Virus record (IMG/VR): IMGVR_UViG_3300028025_000090
DNA length: 64,000 nt
Origin: a virus
Strand: one strand, 5' to 3'
Shown here: one piece after another, positions 39,013-48,105 of the stretch
Layout: each line of letters opens with the position of its first letter
How positions within the stretch are numbered: the first letter of the stretch is position 1
Notes under the pieces: generated by a model
What the model was told of the DNA's origin: nothing
What the model saw: only the letters and a program-made list of their open reading frames with translations
Database searches by the model: none
Position numbers and translations under genes: made by a program

Positions 39013-39378
39013 ATGTCATTATTAGGAGACAACACAATACCATTACGAGTACCAGTGCCGAAGAAGGTTAGACTGGAAAATACCACCAGACGTATTAAAG
39101 AATTATCAAAAAATTGCTTTAATAATTTGGTTAAGACCCAGAGAGATGGTATTGATATCATGTGGAATCATGAAAACTTGACTCCTCAAGAAATTATCGA
39201 TGAATTGGGAGTTGATGTATTCAAAGTTTTCCATTTTCACGCTAAACTGACACAATTCATTTCAGAATTGGCACAATTTGATGGTTCCACTGTTGAATTG
39301 AAATATCCAACTAATTCATTCGATATGGATGTTAATGCTGGAACTGTAACTGTAACCAATCAACCATATCAACCATAA
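39013..39378 (+). CDS. Hypothetical late protein
   Basis: 121 aa; TAAATA-N5-ATG. Confidence 0.6.
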   Translation: MSLLGDNTIPLRVPVPKKVRLENTTRRIKELSKNCFNNLVKTQRDGIDIMWNHENLTPQEIIDELGVDVFKVFHFHAKLTQFISELAQFDGSTVELKYPTNSFDMDVNAGTVTVTNQPYQP

Positions 39379-39381
39379 TTT

Positions 39382-40401
39382 ATGAGAAAAAAACAAACAA
39401 CACTAGGAGATGTTTACGGAGAAATGCTTAAAAGTGTTAAAACCGTTGTAAATGAGAACGCTCAGGAAAATATCAATAAATCCAAAAAAATTCCTAAAAT
39501 GTCGAAAAATGCATTTAATGATAAAATGGATATCCAAAAAGGCGGACCTACAGCAGCAGATGGTTTCCATAAAGCATTGAATGATGATTATTGTGGTTGT
39601 GATGAAGAAGACAACGAAGAACAATATAATAGAATTTCTGAAATCGAGAAAAAATTGGAAAATCCTAATCTATCTGATAAAGAAAAAGCTTCTCTTGAGA
39701 AAAATCTCAAAAATATGAAAAAAAATATGCAAAGAGAAGAAGCTGAAGAAAATATTGTTGAAGAATCTAAAAAAATTGCAAGAGAAAGACTAAATACTTT
39801 TATGATGAAAAAATCTACATTTGATAAATTGTTTGAATCTGTTATGGGTGGCGATTTCTCCGAAGACGCTGAAAACGCTGCATTGGGTCTTTCCGATGCT
39901 CCTACTGATGACGAATTCGGTGATGACATGGGTGATGAAGATATGGGTGATGAAGTTACCTTTACTCTTGATCGTGCCACTGCTCAAAAACTTCATGATG
40001 TGCTTATGGGCGTTCTTGGAGGTGAAGAAGACCTCGGTGACGAAGGTGATGATCTAGACTTCGATATGGAAGGCGAAGAAATGGACGAAGAAGGTGATAT
40101 GTATGACGATGAAGAGGAATACGAAGAAGATGAAGAAACCTTCCCTACCGATAAAGTTGGTAACGATGGGACAATTGGTGCTAAAAACTCCAAAGATGGT
40201 TCTCACAAACTCCAATCCAAAAACAACAAAGTTGGTGGTCGTCCACAACCTAAAAATCAAGGAACCAAAGTAACTGGAACCACAGATAAAGTTGGTAACG
40301 ATGGTGATCACGGTCATGCTCTACACGGTGCAAAACAACCAAACATGGGCAAACAAAACCAAGTGTCTGATTTGAGAACATCGGAAGACTACTTCCGCTG
40401 A
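39382..40401 (+). CDS. Acidic head core/scaffold-like protein
   Basis: 339 aa, very D/E-rich; internal MMKKSTFDKLFESVM; duplicated TDKVGNDG. Confidence 0.5.
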   Translation: MRKKQTTLGDVYGEMLKSVKTVVNENAQENINKSKKIPKMSKNAFNDKMDIQKGGPTAADGFHKALNDDYCGCDEEDNEEQYNRISEIEKKLENPNLSDKEKASLEKNLKNMKKNMQREEAEENIVEESKKIARERLNTFMMKKSTFDKLFESVMGGDFSEDAENAALGLSDAPTDDEFGDDMGDEDMGDEVTFTLDRATAQKLHDVLMGVLGGEEDLGDEGDDLDFDMEGEEMDEEGDMYDDEEEYEEDEETFPTDKVGNDGTIGAKNSKDGSHKLQSKNNKVGGRPQPKNQGTKVTGTTDKVGNDGDHGHALHGAKQPNMGKQNQVSDLRTSEDYFR

Positions 40402-40428
40402 TAATTTCTAGAAAAAAATAAACTCAAG

Positions 40429-40459
40429 AAGGGAGAATCGTGGTGATTCTCCCTTTTTT
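40429..40459 (+). terminator. Intrinsic terminator
   Basis: AAGGGAGAATC-GTGGT-GATTCTCCCTT followed by a T run. Confidence 0.85.
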
Positions 40460-40472
40460 CTTAAATAGTAAT

Positions 40473-40832
40473 ATGGAATCTTTTCTGGAATTTTTTGAAA
40501 AACACAACGGTGTCATACTAGAATACCGACACAAAGATGCTTTCGGAAATATCAAACAGAGTCTAGTAAATCCTAGTAATAAAAAAGGTGGTAGTGATAT
40601 TGCTCGTATGGTTAATAGAAAAAATATCTCAACCAAAGGACCATATCAAAAGATCAGAAGTAATGGGCAAATTTTGATTGGTGATGAATTATTGAAAGAG
40701 TTGGGATCTTTGGGTGGCATCGAATTTGAAGATGGAAAGGAAATTAAAAGAAAGAATTCCAATCAAATCATAAAAATGTTCACCAATTTACACGGTCAAC
40801 AATGCGGAAAAATCGTAGAAATTAAAAAATAA
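40473..40832 (+). CDS. Hypothetical late protein
   Basis: Start reassigned to ATG 40473 (TAAATA-N5); MESFLEFFEKHNGVILEY. Confidence 0.6.
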   Translation: MESFLEFFEKHNGVILEYRHKDAFGNIKQSLVNPSNKKGGSDIARMVNRKNISTKGPYQKIRSNGQILIGDELLKELGSLGGIEFEDGKEIKRKNSNQIIKMFTNLHGQQCGKIVEIKK

Positions 40833-41623
40833 TGGCTGGATGTCCTACAATACCCTTATCGTGCTTAACACCTGAAAACATTTTCGCTGGTGTATATCGT
40901 CCTAATTGTGGTGGATTTGCTGATCCATCTAATTTCCAAGCAGAAAGAGCAATTTTCAATTCTCAATTTGGAGAACTTATCAATAACTACGGTGTAACGA
41001 TTGGTTACATGGTCAATACTTTTGAACCAGACCAAATGAACTCTATTTACGGAGAACACACCACGATGTATTGGTTGAGTGCAATGGAAATCAAAGCATA
41101 TATTCAAATGGAAAACGGTTCTCCGATTTATGCGTTGGCTGGTATGGATTCCCCTGACACTTTGACACTGTATTTACATATCGATGAATTTGAGACGAAA
41201 TTCGGTTCTTTGAGTTATTTCCAAAATCATCCAGTAGAACCCAAATCACAGGATAAGATCATCGTGTATCCATTTGGTTGTGATAGACCTAATGGTAGAA
41301 GTGCTAAAATATTTGAAGTGACAGAGGCGATGGATGAGGATCAATCAGAACTCAATCCTGCAATGGGTCATTATGTGTGGAGACTTAAAGCTGTCCGTAG
41401 TGAACACAATTTCACCACCAATGAGCCTAGAGAAGCATTCAATCAACAAATTGCTGATAATTCTTACTTTGGTAAAATATCATCAGTATTGTTTCCTGAA
41501 TTGTCCAGTGCTTTGAGTGCCAATAAGATTTATACAGAAAATTCAGACGATATTGTGAGAAATGAGATATTCCCACCATCTACAGGAGGTAGTGATGGGA
41601 GTGTTTATGGTAATTACTTTTAA
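40832..41623 (+). CDS. gp14: Neck/head-closure protein (gp14-like)
   Basis: INNYGVTIGY, IYGEH, IKAYI, G....DTLTLYLHIDEF, EPKSQD. Confidence 0.7.
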   Translation: MAGCPTIPLSCLTPENIFAGVYRPNCGGFADPSNFQAERAIFNSQFGELINNYGVTIGYMVNTFEPDQMNSIYGEHTTMYWLSAMEIKAYIQMENGSPIYALAGMDSPDTLTLYLHIDEFETKFGSLSYFQNHPVEPKSQDKIIVYPFGCDRPNGRSAKIFEVTEAMDEDQSELNPAMGHYVWRLKAVRSEHNFTTNEPREAFNQQIADNSYFGKISSVLFPELSSALSANKIYTENSDDIVRNEIFPPSTGGSDGSVYGNYF

Positions 41624-41625
41624 TC

Positions 41626-43398
41626 ATGGCAGCTAAAAGAAAAAAACAGGAGTATATGGGTAATCCCAATCTCCCAACTGCTGATGCGGTATTTGAATAC
41701 ACACCAGAAATGGTGATGGAGATGGAGAAGTGTAAAGGTTCTCTATTATATTTTGCATCTAATTATTTCTATATTATCGATCCCGATGAGGGTAAGAAAG
41801 TCATCCCTCTTTTTGATTATCAACAGAGATTATTGAAATCTTTCGATGAACATCGATTCAATATTGTGTTATCAAGCCGTCAATCGGGGAAAACGACTGT
41901 AGCAACAGCATTAGCATTGCATGAAGCTTGTTTCAAAGATCATAAAAACATTGTTATTGTTGCTAACAAAGAAGAAACAGCAAAAAACATCTTCAAACGT
42001 GTTCGACTTGCATATTTGGAGCTACCAAATTGGTTGAAGCCAGGTATTAAAAAATGGGGTGATACTGGTTTGGAATTGGCTAATGGTAGCACTATTGAAA
42101 TTTCGACCACGACTGGTAATGCTGCACGGGGTAAAACAATTAACTTGTTGCTATTGGATGAGTTGGCGTTCATTGAACCCGAAAGTATTGTTGAGGACTT
42201 CTGGAGATCCGTTTACCCAACTATTTCTCGTGCTAAAACCTCAAGAATTTTGATCACATCGACTCCGAATGGGGTAGGTAACTTGTTCCATCGGTTATAT
42301 ATTGGTGCAACGAAGAAAGAGAATCGTTTTCATTATGAAAGAATTGATTGGTGGGAAGTTCCTGGTCGTGATAATGAATGGAAACAAGAACAGATCAAGG
42401 ATTTGGGTTCTTATGAGTCATTTGCTCAAGAATATGGTAACGAGTTTAATGATAATTCTCAAACATCGATTGACGAGGAGTTGTTCGACAAATTAAAACA
42501 AGAATGTAAAGAACCATTACATATTCTCAAGGATGGTGCATATAAAATATGGGAAGAATACGACCAAGAAAAAATATATGCTATTGGAGGTGACGTTTCT
42601 GAAGGTGTTGGTCTAGATTCATCTGTTTTGGAGATATTCGACATAACTAATCCCAAAGAAATTGTTCAAGTCGGAGAATATGTTAATAATAAGATAGGTC
42701 CATCTGAATTCACTAATGTCATTGCTGAAATTTGTGGTCATTGGGGTAATCCATTGTTATTAATTGAGCGAAACAACCAAGGAACAGGTGTTTGTGATCG
42801 TTTGGCAAATGAATTCATGTATCAAAATTTGGTATCATGGGGTGCTAAAGAAGCACACAAAAACAAGCAGAATGGTATGATATCCCACATCAACACCAAA
42901 TATAAAGCTGTTTTAAACATGCGTTATTTTGTAAATGAATCGAAATCTGTCACATTCCGTTCCATTGATAGCTTGAAAGAATTTAAAACGTTTGTGAGAT
43001 ATCCAAATGGATCTTGGAAAGCAAAAGGAGGGGAGCATGACGATAGAGTTATGGCTACTGTATGGATGCTGATGTCATTATACAATGACATTGCGGAATT
43101 GTATTTTGAAATTGAGGAATTGGATGATTGCGACAGACCATTGGTGATCAAACCAATTGATCAAGGACTATTCAAATACAAATCAGCAACATCTATTTAC
43201 ACCAACGAAGAAGTTGCTAAAATTGAACATTCCAACTTAGCACCAATGCTTTTTGGTGGGGAAGGTTCCATGGCAGCTAGTGACATGGCAGATTTAGAAG
43301 CACAGGGATGGTTCTTACCTCAAGGTTCCATCAATTCCAATCCTGATAGGAATATTTCTTATGAACAATGGGATGCTATGAATAAGTATTTTGGTTGA
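41626..43398 (+). CDS. gp17: Terminase large subunit
   Basis: YMGNPNLP, FDYQ, SRQSGKTT, RGKTINLLLLDE, TSTPNG, QEYGNEF, GGDVSEGVG.D, IERNN.G, HDDRVMA. Confidence 0.96.
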   Translation: MAAKRKKQEYMGNPNLPTADAVFEYTPEMVMEMEKCKGSLLYFASNYFYIIDPDEGKKVIPLFDYQQRLLKSFDEHRFNIVLSSRQSGKTTVATALALHEACFKDHKNIVIVANKEETAKNIFKRVRLAYLELPNWLKPGIKKWGDTGLELANGSTIEISTTTGNAARGKTINLLLLDELAFIEPESIVEDFWRSVYPTISRAKTSRILITSTPNGVGNLFHRLYIGATKKENRFHYERIDWWEVPGRDNEWKQEQIKDLGSYESFAQEYGNEFNDNSQTSIDEELFDKLKQECKEPLHILKDGAYKIWEEYDQEKIYAIGGDVSEGVGLDSSVLEIFDITNPKEIVQVGEYVNNKIGPSEFTNVIAEICGHWGNPLLLIERNNQGTGVCDRLANEFMYQNLVSWGAKEAHKNKQNGMISHINTKYKAVLNMRYFVNESKSVTFRSIDSLKEFKTFVRYPNGSWKAKGGEHDDRVMATVWMLMSLYNDIAELYFEIEELDDCDRPLVIKPIDQGLFKYKSATSIYTNEEVAKIEHSNLAPMLFGGEGSMAASDMADLEAQGWFLPQGSINSNPDRNISYEQWDAMNKYFG

Positions 43399-43422
43399 AA
43401 TTTAATACCATTATGATATTAT
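43395..43422 (+). promoter_or_regulatory. Sigma70-type promoter
   Basis: TTGAAA-N16-TATTAT with extended -10 TG, 6 nt before ATG 43429. Confidence 0.55.
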
Positions 43423-43428
43423 CATTAT

Positions 43429-43812
43429 ATGAGATATACGCCAGATAATATTACAGAATTGAGTGATAACGATTACATGGTCTTCGGATCGAATAAATCG
43501 GGAAGGCACGGACTCGGAGCAGCTAAAACAGCACATAAGAAATTTGGCGCGGAATATGGAGTTGGAGAAGGATTGACTGGTAGATGTTATGCTCTCCCCA
43601 CTAAAGGTTACAATTTATCTAGAATGTCTTTAGTAGAAATCAAAAACCATGTGGATATTTTTCTAAAATTTGCTAAGGATAATCCCGATAAGACATTTCT
43701 TGTCACACAGATTGGTTGTGGATTGGCTGGACATAAGCCAAAGGATATTGCACCGATGTTCGAAGAACGAACAGCGAACGTGATTATCCCAAAAGAATTT
43801 GATGTTACTTGA
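43429..43812 (+). CDS. A1S_2505-family (macrodomain-like) phage protein
   Basis: VFGSNKSGRHGLGAAKTA..FGA.YGVGEGLTGRCYALPTK, FLVTQIGCGLAG. Confidence 0.7.
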   Translation: MRYTPDNITELSDNDYMVFGSNKSGRHGLGAAKTAHKKFGAEYGVGEGLTGRCYALPTKGYNLSRMSLVEIKNHVDIFLKFAKDNPDKTFLVTQIGCGLAGHKPKDIAPMFEERTANVIIPKEFDVT

Positions 43813-43837
43813 ACGGTTTTTCTATTAAATAATATAG

Positions 43838-44443
43838 ATGTCAACACCTGTACAGCAATCATGGCTTAACCGATCAAGAAAAGACAAATTTCTTCTCGTT
43901 TTCGATTTGCCCCCAATTCTCAAGAAAATCCAATCGAATTACACGAGAAATAATAACACGATCATTCCTGATAGTGTGCAATTCAGCATCTATGGGACAA
44001 TGGTTCCAGGTCTGACAATCAAAGCGATTGCGACTCGATATGCTGGCGATACTCTTTATGTGTCATCTCACTCCAAAGATCCATATCCTCCTGTAAATGT
44101 TAAATTTAAGGTAGATTCTGGTTATAATAATTATTGGGCAATTTATCAATGGTTAAATCTGCAACATGACCAAGAAACAGGTCAATTTAATGCAAAGGGG
44201 ATTGTAGTTGATGGTAATTTCTCTGATTATCAAACAGATATAACGATGTATGGTTTGGATGAATATGATAATAAAGTAATTCAATTTAAATATACGAAAG
44301 CTTTTGTAACATCAATCGATGAATTAGCATTCTCTCAGAATGAGACGGGTGAAATGGAGATTGAAAGCGGATTTACTTTTGTTTTCTCACAAATGCACAT
44401 CAATTTACTGGGATGTGATAGATATAATCAGACTCTTTCTTAA
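43838..44443 (+). CDS. gp3: Tail tube terminator/completion protein (gp3-like)
   Basis: VPGLTI, VKFKVDSGYNNYWAIYQW, DITMYGLD, AFVTSIDELAF. Confidence 0.65.
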   Translation: MSTPVQQSWLNRSRKDKFLLVFDLPPILKKIQSNYTRNNNTIIPDSVQFSIYGTMVPGLTIKAIATRYAGDTLYVSSHSKDPYPPVNVKFKVDSGYNNYWAIYQWLNLQHDQETGQFNAKGIVVDGNFSDYQTDITMYGLDEYDNKVIQFKYTKAFVTSIDELAFSQNETGEMEIESGFTFVFSQMHINLLGCDRYNQTLS

Positions 44444-44480
44444 ATAGGAAATTTTTGTTCGGTATTTGCTAAATAATTAT

Positions 44481-47219
44481 ATGCAACGAACAATTAACAG
44501 CCCAGGAGTAGAAATTTTCGAAAGAGATTTGAGTCTCATCGCACCAACAAATGTTGGTACTAACGTTTTCGTGACTGGTTTCACCTCACAAGGTCCATCA
44601 GATGAAGTGATCAAAATCACTACTAGAGACGAATTGGATTCGATTTACGGCACACCAACGAATAGTGCTGAAAGATATTTTTATTATACTGTAAGAGAAC
44701 TTCTGAATTCTCCTGCCAACATCTACACTTTCCGCATTCCTTATGGTAGCGGTTCTGGTGATGGATTCGGTACACAACACACTGCACTGGTTTATCCAGT
44801 AGTTGCAGTATCTAATTCTGGTTCTCAGACTACATCTGTTAGTAGCTTTGATTTGTCTATAAATTATAATGGAGCTTTGAAAGCATCTCCTCTTTCTGGT
44901 TCAGCTTTTAAAATTCAAACATCTAGAGGGCAATCAAAAACTGTTGTGTTTAAAATTGGTAGTGATAATCCTTACAGACAAGGAGATATCGTGGTTCCAG
45001 TGGCAGAATCTTTCACTATATCACAGGTGTTGACAGCTATTGGAAACACCCTACCATTATCTGCAACAGATTTAACCGTTTCACTTGGCACAAATACTTT
45101 TACAGTAAAATTATCAGGATATGTTCCATTGACGATTACCCCTTCAGTAAGTTCTTCTATTTTAGCTGGCTTAGATGATGAGGGTGATGTATTTACAATC
45201 TCCTCTAATACAATAAATTCATTCCAATTAGGTGAAATTGTTAATTCCACCCTTAATATGTCTTCAGGGACATATTTCCTCGGAAAACCTTATCAAGTCA
45301 GTCTCACGGAAGCTGAATTTGCTCAAGCCATGGAAGGAACACTCTTTGATTGGAGTTCCACTGCTGCTGCCACATCCTCTTTTGAAGGAACTAAATCTTC
45401 CGCTATTAGCAGTATGGGTGGTGCTGGTATCATTATCTTTGACAAAGCACAAACCACAATCAACAGCCAATTTGAAGGTTATTATGTGGGTATTGCGGAC
45501 AACGTGAATCATAATCCAGCATCCAACTTCGATGCTGTCACCCGTGCATACACCAATAGCCTCACTGCTGATGTTGTTTCAAATTATACACAGATTCCTA
45601 ACGGAACTCTACAATTCAATCTCTCAGCTACTGCCAATGGTGCATCTAACAGTATTTCCCAAGTTATGGAGAATCTTACAGACTACAACATTGATGGTAG
45701 GGAAGATGATGACCTTCTGAACATTGGTGTCTTTAAGCTCCGCAAGAGCATTTATGCTACGGAAGCGTTCAAGCTGGATTATGTGCTTGATGATCGTATC
45801 GTTGGTTCGATTGATTCATTCCGTACTCAACTCAATCCTTCTGGTGGTCCATCTGTCCCATTCTTCTTGGAAACTCAAGATACGAATGCTCGTAATGTGG
45901 AAATCATGGTCAACCCATATATCTCCAACAAGTTCACCCAATCCTCTCTGGATTCTTCGGGTAATCCAATTAAGAAAATTCGTGTCCTCACAGAATCTCT
46001 TTTGGACACGAATTTTTCTGAAATTTCTGCTGCTGTTGGTGTCACCCAACAAGCACTTTCAGATGTTTCGAATATACTAAATACTGCAAATGCTCTGTAT
46101 CCTCTTGGTGCATATAGCCCAACTAAAATTACACAGAAATTGCTTGGAAGCATTCCAAGTAAAATCAATCGTGCTTTGGAAAGTGTTAAAAACGATGAGA
46201 TTTACGACATTGATGTCGTAGTCGAAGGTGGTCTTGGAACAGTGTTCACAATGGCATCTGCCGCTGGAACAACTTATTACGATGATACTCTATACAATCC
46301 TGCATTGAAAACAAAAGTCGATTCTCTTAGAACATCGCGAGATATTTTCAACGATACGGTTGCTACCGATCTTCGTGGAAGCTACAGTGCAGTCTTCAAT
46401 CAATTTGAAAATTTCTGTAACCTCCCAAGTAACACTGGTGGTCGTGGTGACTGTATCTTCATTGCTGATCCAATCCGTCATATTCTTGTGACTGGAAGAA
46501 ACAGTAAGATTCTTACTGACAAAACCAGAAACTTCCAATTGGACGTTTATTGGGCAATGAGACACCAATTTGAATTGGAGAATACCTCGTATGCAGCTAC
46601 CTATGGTAACTGGGTACAAGCTTATGACGATTTCACTGGTGAGAAAGTTTGGATTCCATTCTCTGGTTATCAAGCTGCTATCATGGCTCGTAGCGATGCT
46701 GCTGAATTCCCATGGTCTGCTCCTGCTGGATTCACTCGTGGTCTTGTAACCAACGCTTTGGATATCGCTATCAATCCTAATCAGAAACAACGTGATGAAC
46801 TTTACAAGGTAAACATTAACCCTGTTATGTTCTCTGCATCTCAAGGAATCGTGGTGTTCGGTCAAAAAACAATGTCTCGCAAACCAAGCGCATTTGATCG
46901 TATCAATGTTCGTAGATTGTTCCTCGCTCTGGAAAGACCTACTAAGAAAACAGCACAATTCTTCGTGTTTGAACCTAACAATGAATTCACTCGCACCAGA
47001 TTGGTCAATACATTGAACCCAATCTTCAAAACTGCGAAGGAAAATGGTGGTTGCTATGATTACTTGATTGTCTGCGATGAAAGAAATAACACGCCACAAG
47101 TCATTGATAGTAATGAACTGAAAGTTGATATTCTAATCAAACCAACGAGAACTGGTGAGTTCATCCTCTGCACCTTCACAGCGACCAGATCCGATGCAAA
47201 CTTCGACGAATTGGTATAA
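44481..47219 (+). CDS. gp18: Tail sheath protein
   Basis: MQRTINSPGVEIFERDLS, FTSQGP, GRGDCIFIAD, YAATYGNW, WSAPAGFTRG, RDELYKVNINP, FDRINVRRLF, VFEPNNEFTR. Confidence 0.96.
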   Translation: MQRTINSPGVEIFERDLSLIAPTNVGTNVFVTGFTSQGPSDEVIKITTRDELDSIYGTPTNSAERYFYYTVRELLNSPANIYTFRIPYGSGSGDGFGTQHTALVYPVVAVSNSGSQTTSVSSFDLSINYNGALKASPLSGSAFKIQTSRGQSKTVVFKIGSDNPYRQGDIVVPVAESFTISQVLTAIGNTLPLSATDLTVSLGTNTFTVKLSGYVPLTITPSVSSSILAGLDDEGDVFTISSNTINSFQLGEIVNSTLNMSSGTYFLGKPYQVSLTEAEFAQAMEGTLFDWSSTAAATSSFEGTKSSAISSMGGAGIIIFDKAQTTINSQFEGYYVGIADNVNHNPASNFDAVTRAYTNSLTADVVSNYTQIPNGTLQFNLSATANGASNSISQVMENLTDYNIDGREDDDLLNIGVFKLRKSIYATEAFKLDYVLDDRIVGSIDSFRTQLNPSGGPSVPFFLETQDTNARNVEIMVNPYISNKFTQSSLDSSGNPIKKIRVLTESLLDTNFSEISAAVGVTQQALSDVSNILNTANALYPLGAYSPTKITQKLLGSIPSKINRALESVKNDEIYDIDVVVEGGLGTVFTMASAAGTTYYDDTLYNPALKTKVDSLRTSRDIFNDTVATDLRGSYSAVFNQFENFCNLPSNTGGRGDCIFIADPIRHILVTGRNSKILTDKTRNFQLDVYWAMRHQFELENTSYAATYGNWVQAYDDFTGEKVWIPFSGYQAAIMARSDAAEFPWSAPAGFTRGLVTNALDIAINPNQKQRDELYKVNINPVMFSASQGIVVFGQKTMSRKPSAFDRINVRRLFLALERPTKKTAQFFVFEPNNEFTRTRLVNTLNPIFKTAKENGGCYDYLIVCDERNNTPQVIDSNELKVDILIKPTRTGEFILCTFTATRSDANFDELV

Positions 47220-47241
47220 TATTAATACTAAATAATATAAG

Positions 47242-47277
47242 AAATCCTGATTGGCAATACCAGTCAGGATTTTTTTT
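47242..47277 (+). terminator. Intrinsic terminator after gp18
   Basis: AAATCCTGATTGG-CAATA-CCAGTCAGGATTT plus a T run. Confidence 0.85.
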
Positions 47278-47326
47278 ATAAAAGGATTTATTTGGAAAAA
47301 GTTATATCTCTAGACTAAATAATAAT

Positions 47327-48097
47327 ATGGCTGGAACTACCATTGAAAATTTAGGCAAAGCAACAGAATACGATCAATGTCCTGCTATTTATATTTTAAA
47401 AAATAATAAAAACGGTAAGGTTTATGTCGGAGAAACTATGAATTTGAGACAGCGAGTATATTCATATCATAAATCAAATATAGATACCCCTAGACCTATA
47501 TTGAGAGCTATCAATAAACATGGTTTAGAAAATTTTTCATTCGAATATCAATATTATCCTGATATGTCTAAGGACGAATTATTGGATATTGAAGAGAGAT
47601 TAATAAAAGAACACAATAGTTTAATGAGTGGAAGCGGATACAATGTTTGTTCAAGAGGGCAAAATAGATATTTAGCAACACAATCTCTTGAAGCTCGTAA
47701 AAAAAGGAGTGAAATTTTTAAAGGGAGAGTCATTACAGAAGAATGGAGAGAAAACATGTCAAAAGCCAAGAGTGGAGAGAACCATCCAATGTATGGTAAA
47801 AAAATGTCAGAGGAGACGAGGAAAAAAATGGGCGATTCCAGAAGAGGTGAGAGAAATGGGAGATATGGGAAGAAAATGTCTGAAGAAGCTAAAAGAAAAA
47901 TGGTAGAAAATTTACCAAATAAAGTATGTGTATCACAATATACAAAATCTGGTGAATTTGTTAAATCTTATTTTTCTATAGCTGAAGCTGCGAAACAAAC
48001 TGGAATAGATAGTCGTCATATAAGTGCGGTGTGTAATAATAAAAATAGAAAAACATCTGGTGGTTATATTTGGAAAAAAGACACACTTCATCACTAA
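47327..48097 (+). mobile_element. Free-standing GIY-YIG homing endonuclease with NUMOD3 repeats and NUMOD1/HTH
   Basis: AIYILKN..NGKVYVGETMNLRQR, GYN, HPMYGKKMSEETRKKM and RYGKKMSEEAKRKM, VSQY...FVKSYFSIAEAAKQTG. Confidence 0.92.
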
Positions 48098-48105
48098 ATA
48101 CTATT

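Noticed and set aside
1119-43398. Inteins or introns in polymerase, helicase, UvsX, primase or terminase
   Set aside because: All have normal lengths and contiguous motifs with no intein signatures
46290-47099. 269-aa minus-strand ORF
   Set aside because: Lies wholly antisense to the conserved C-terminal part of gp18, with no recognisable motifs or promoter
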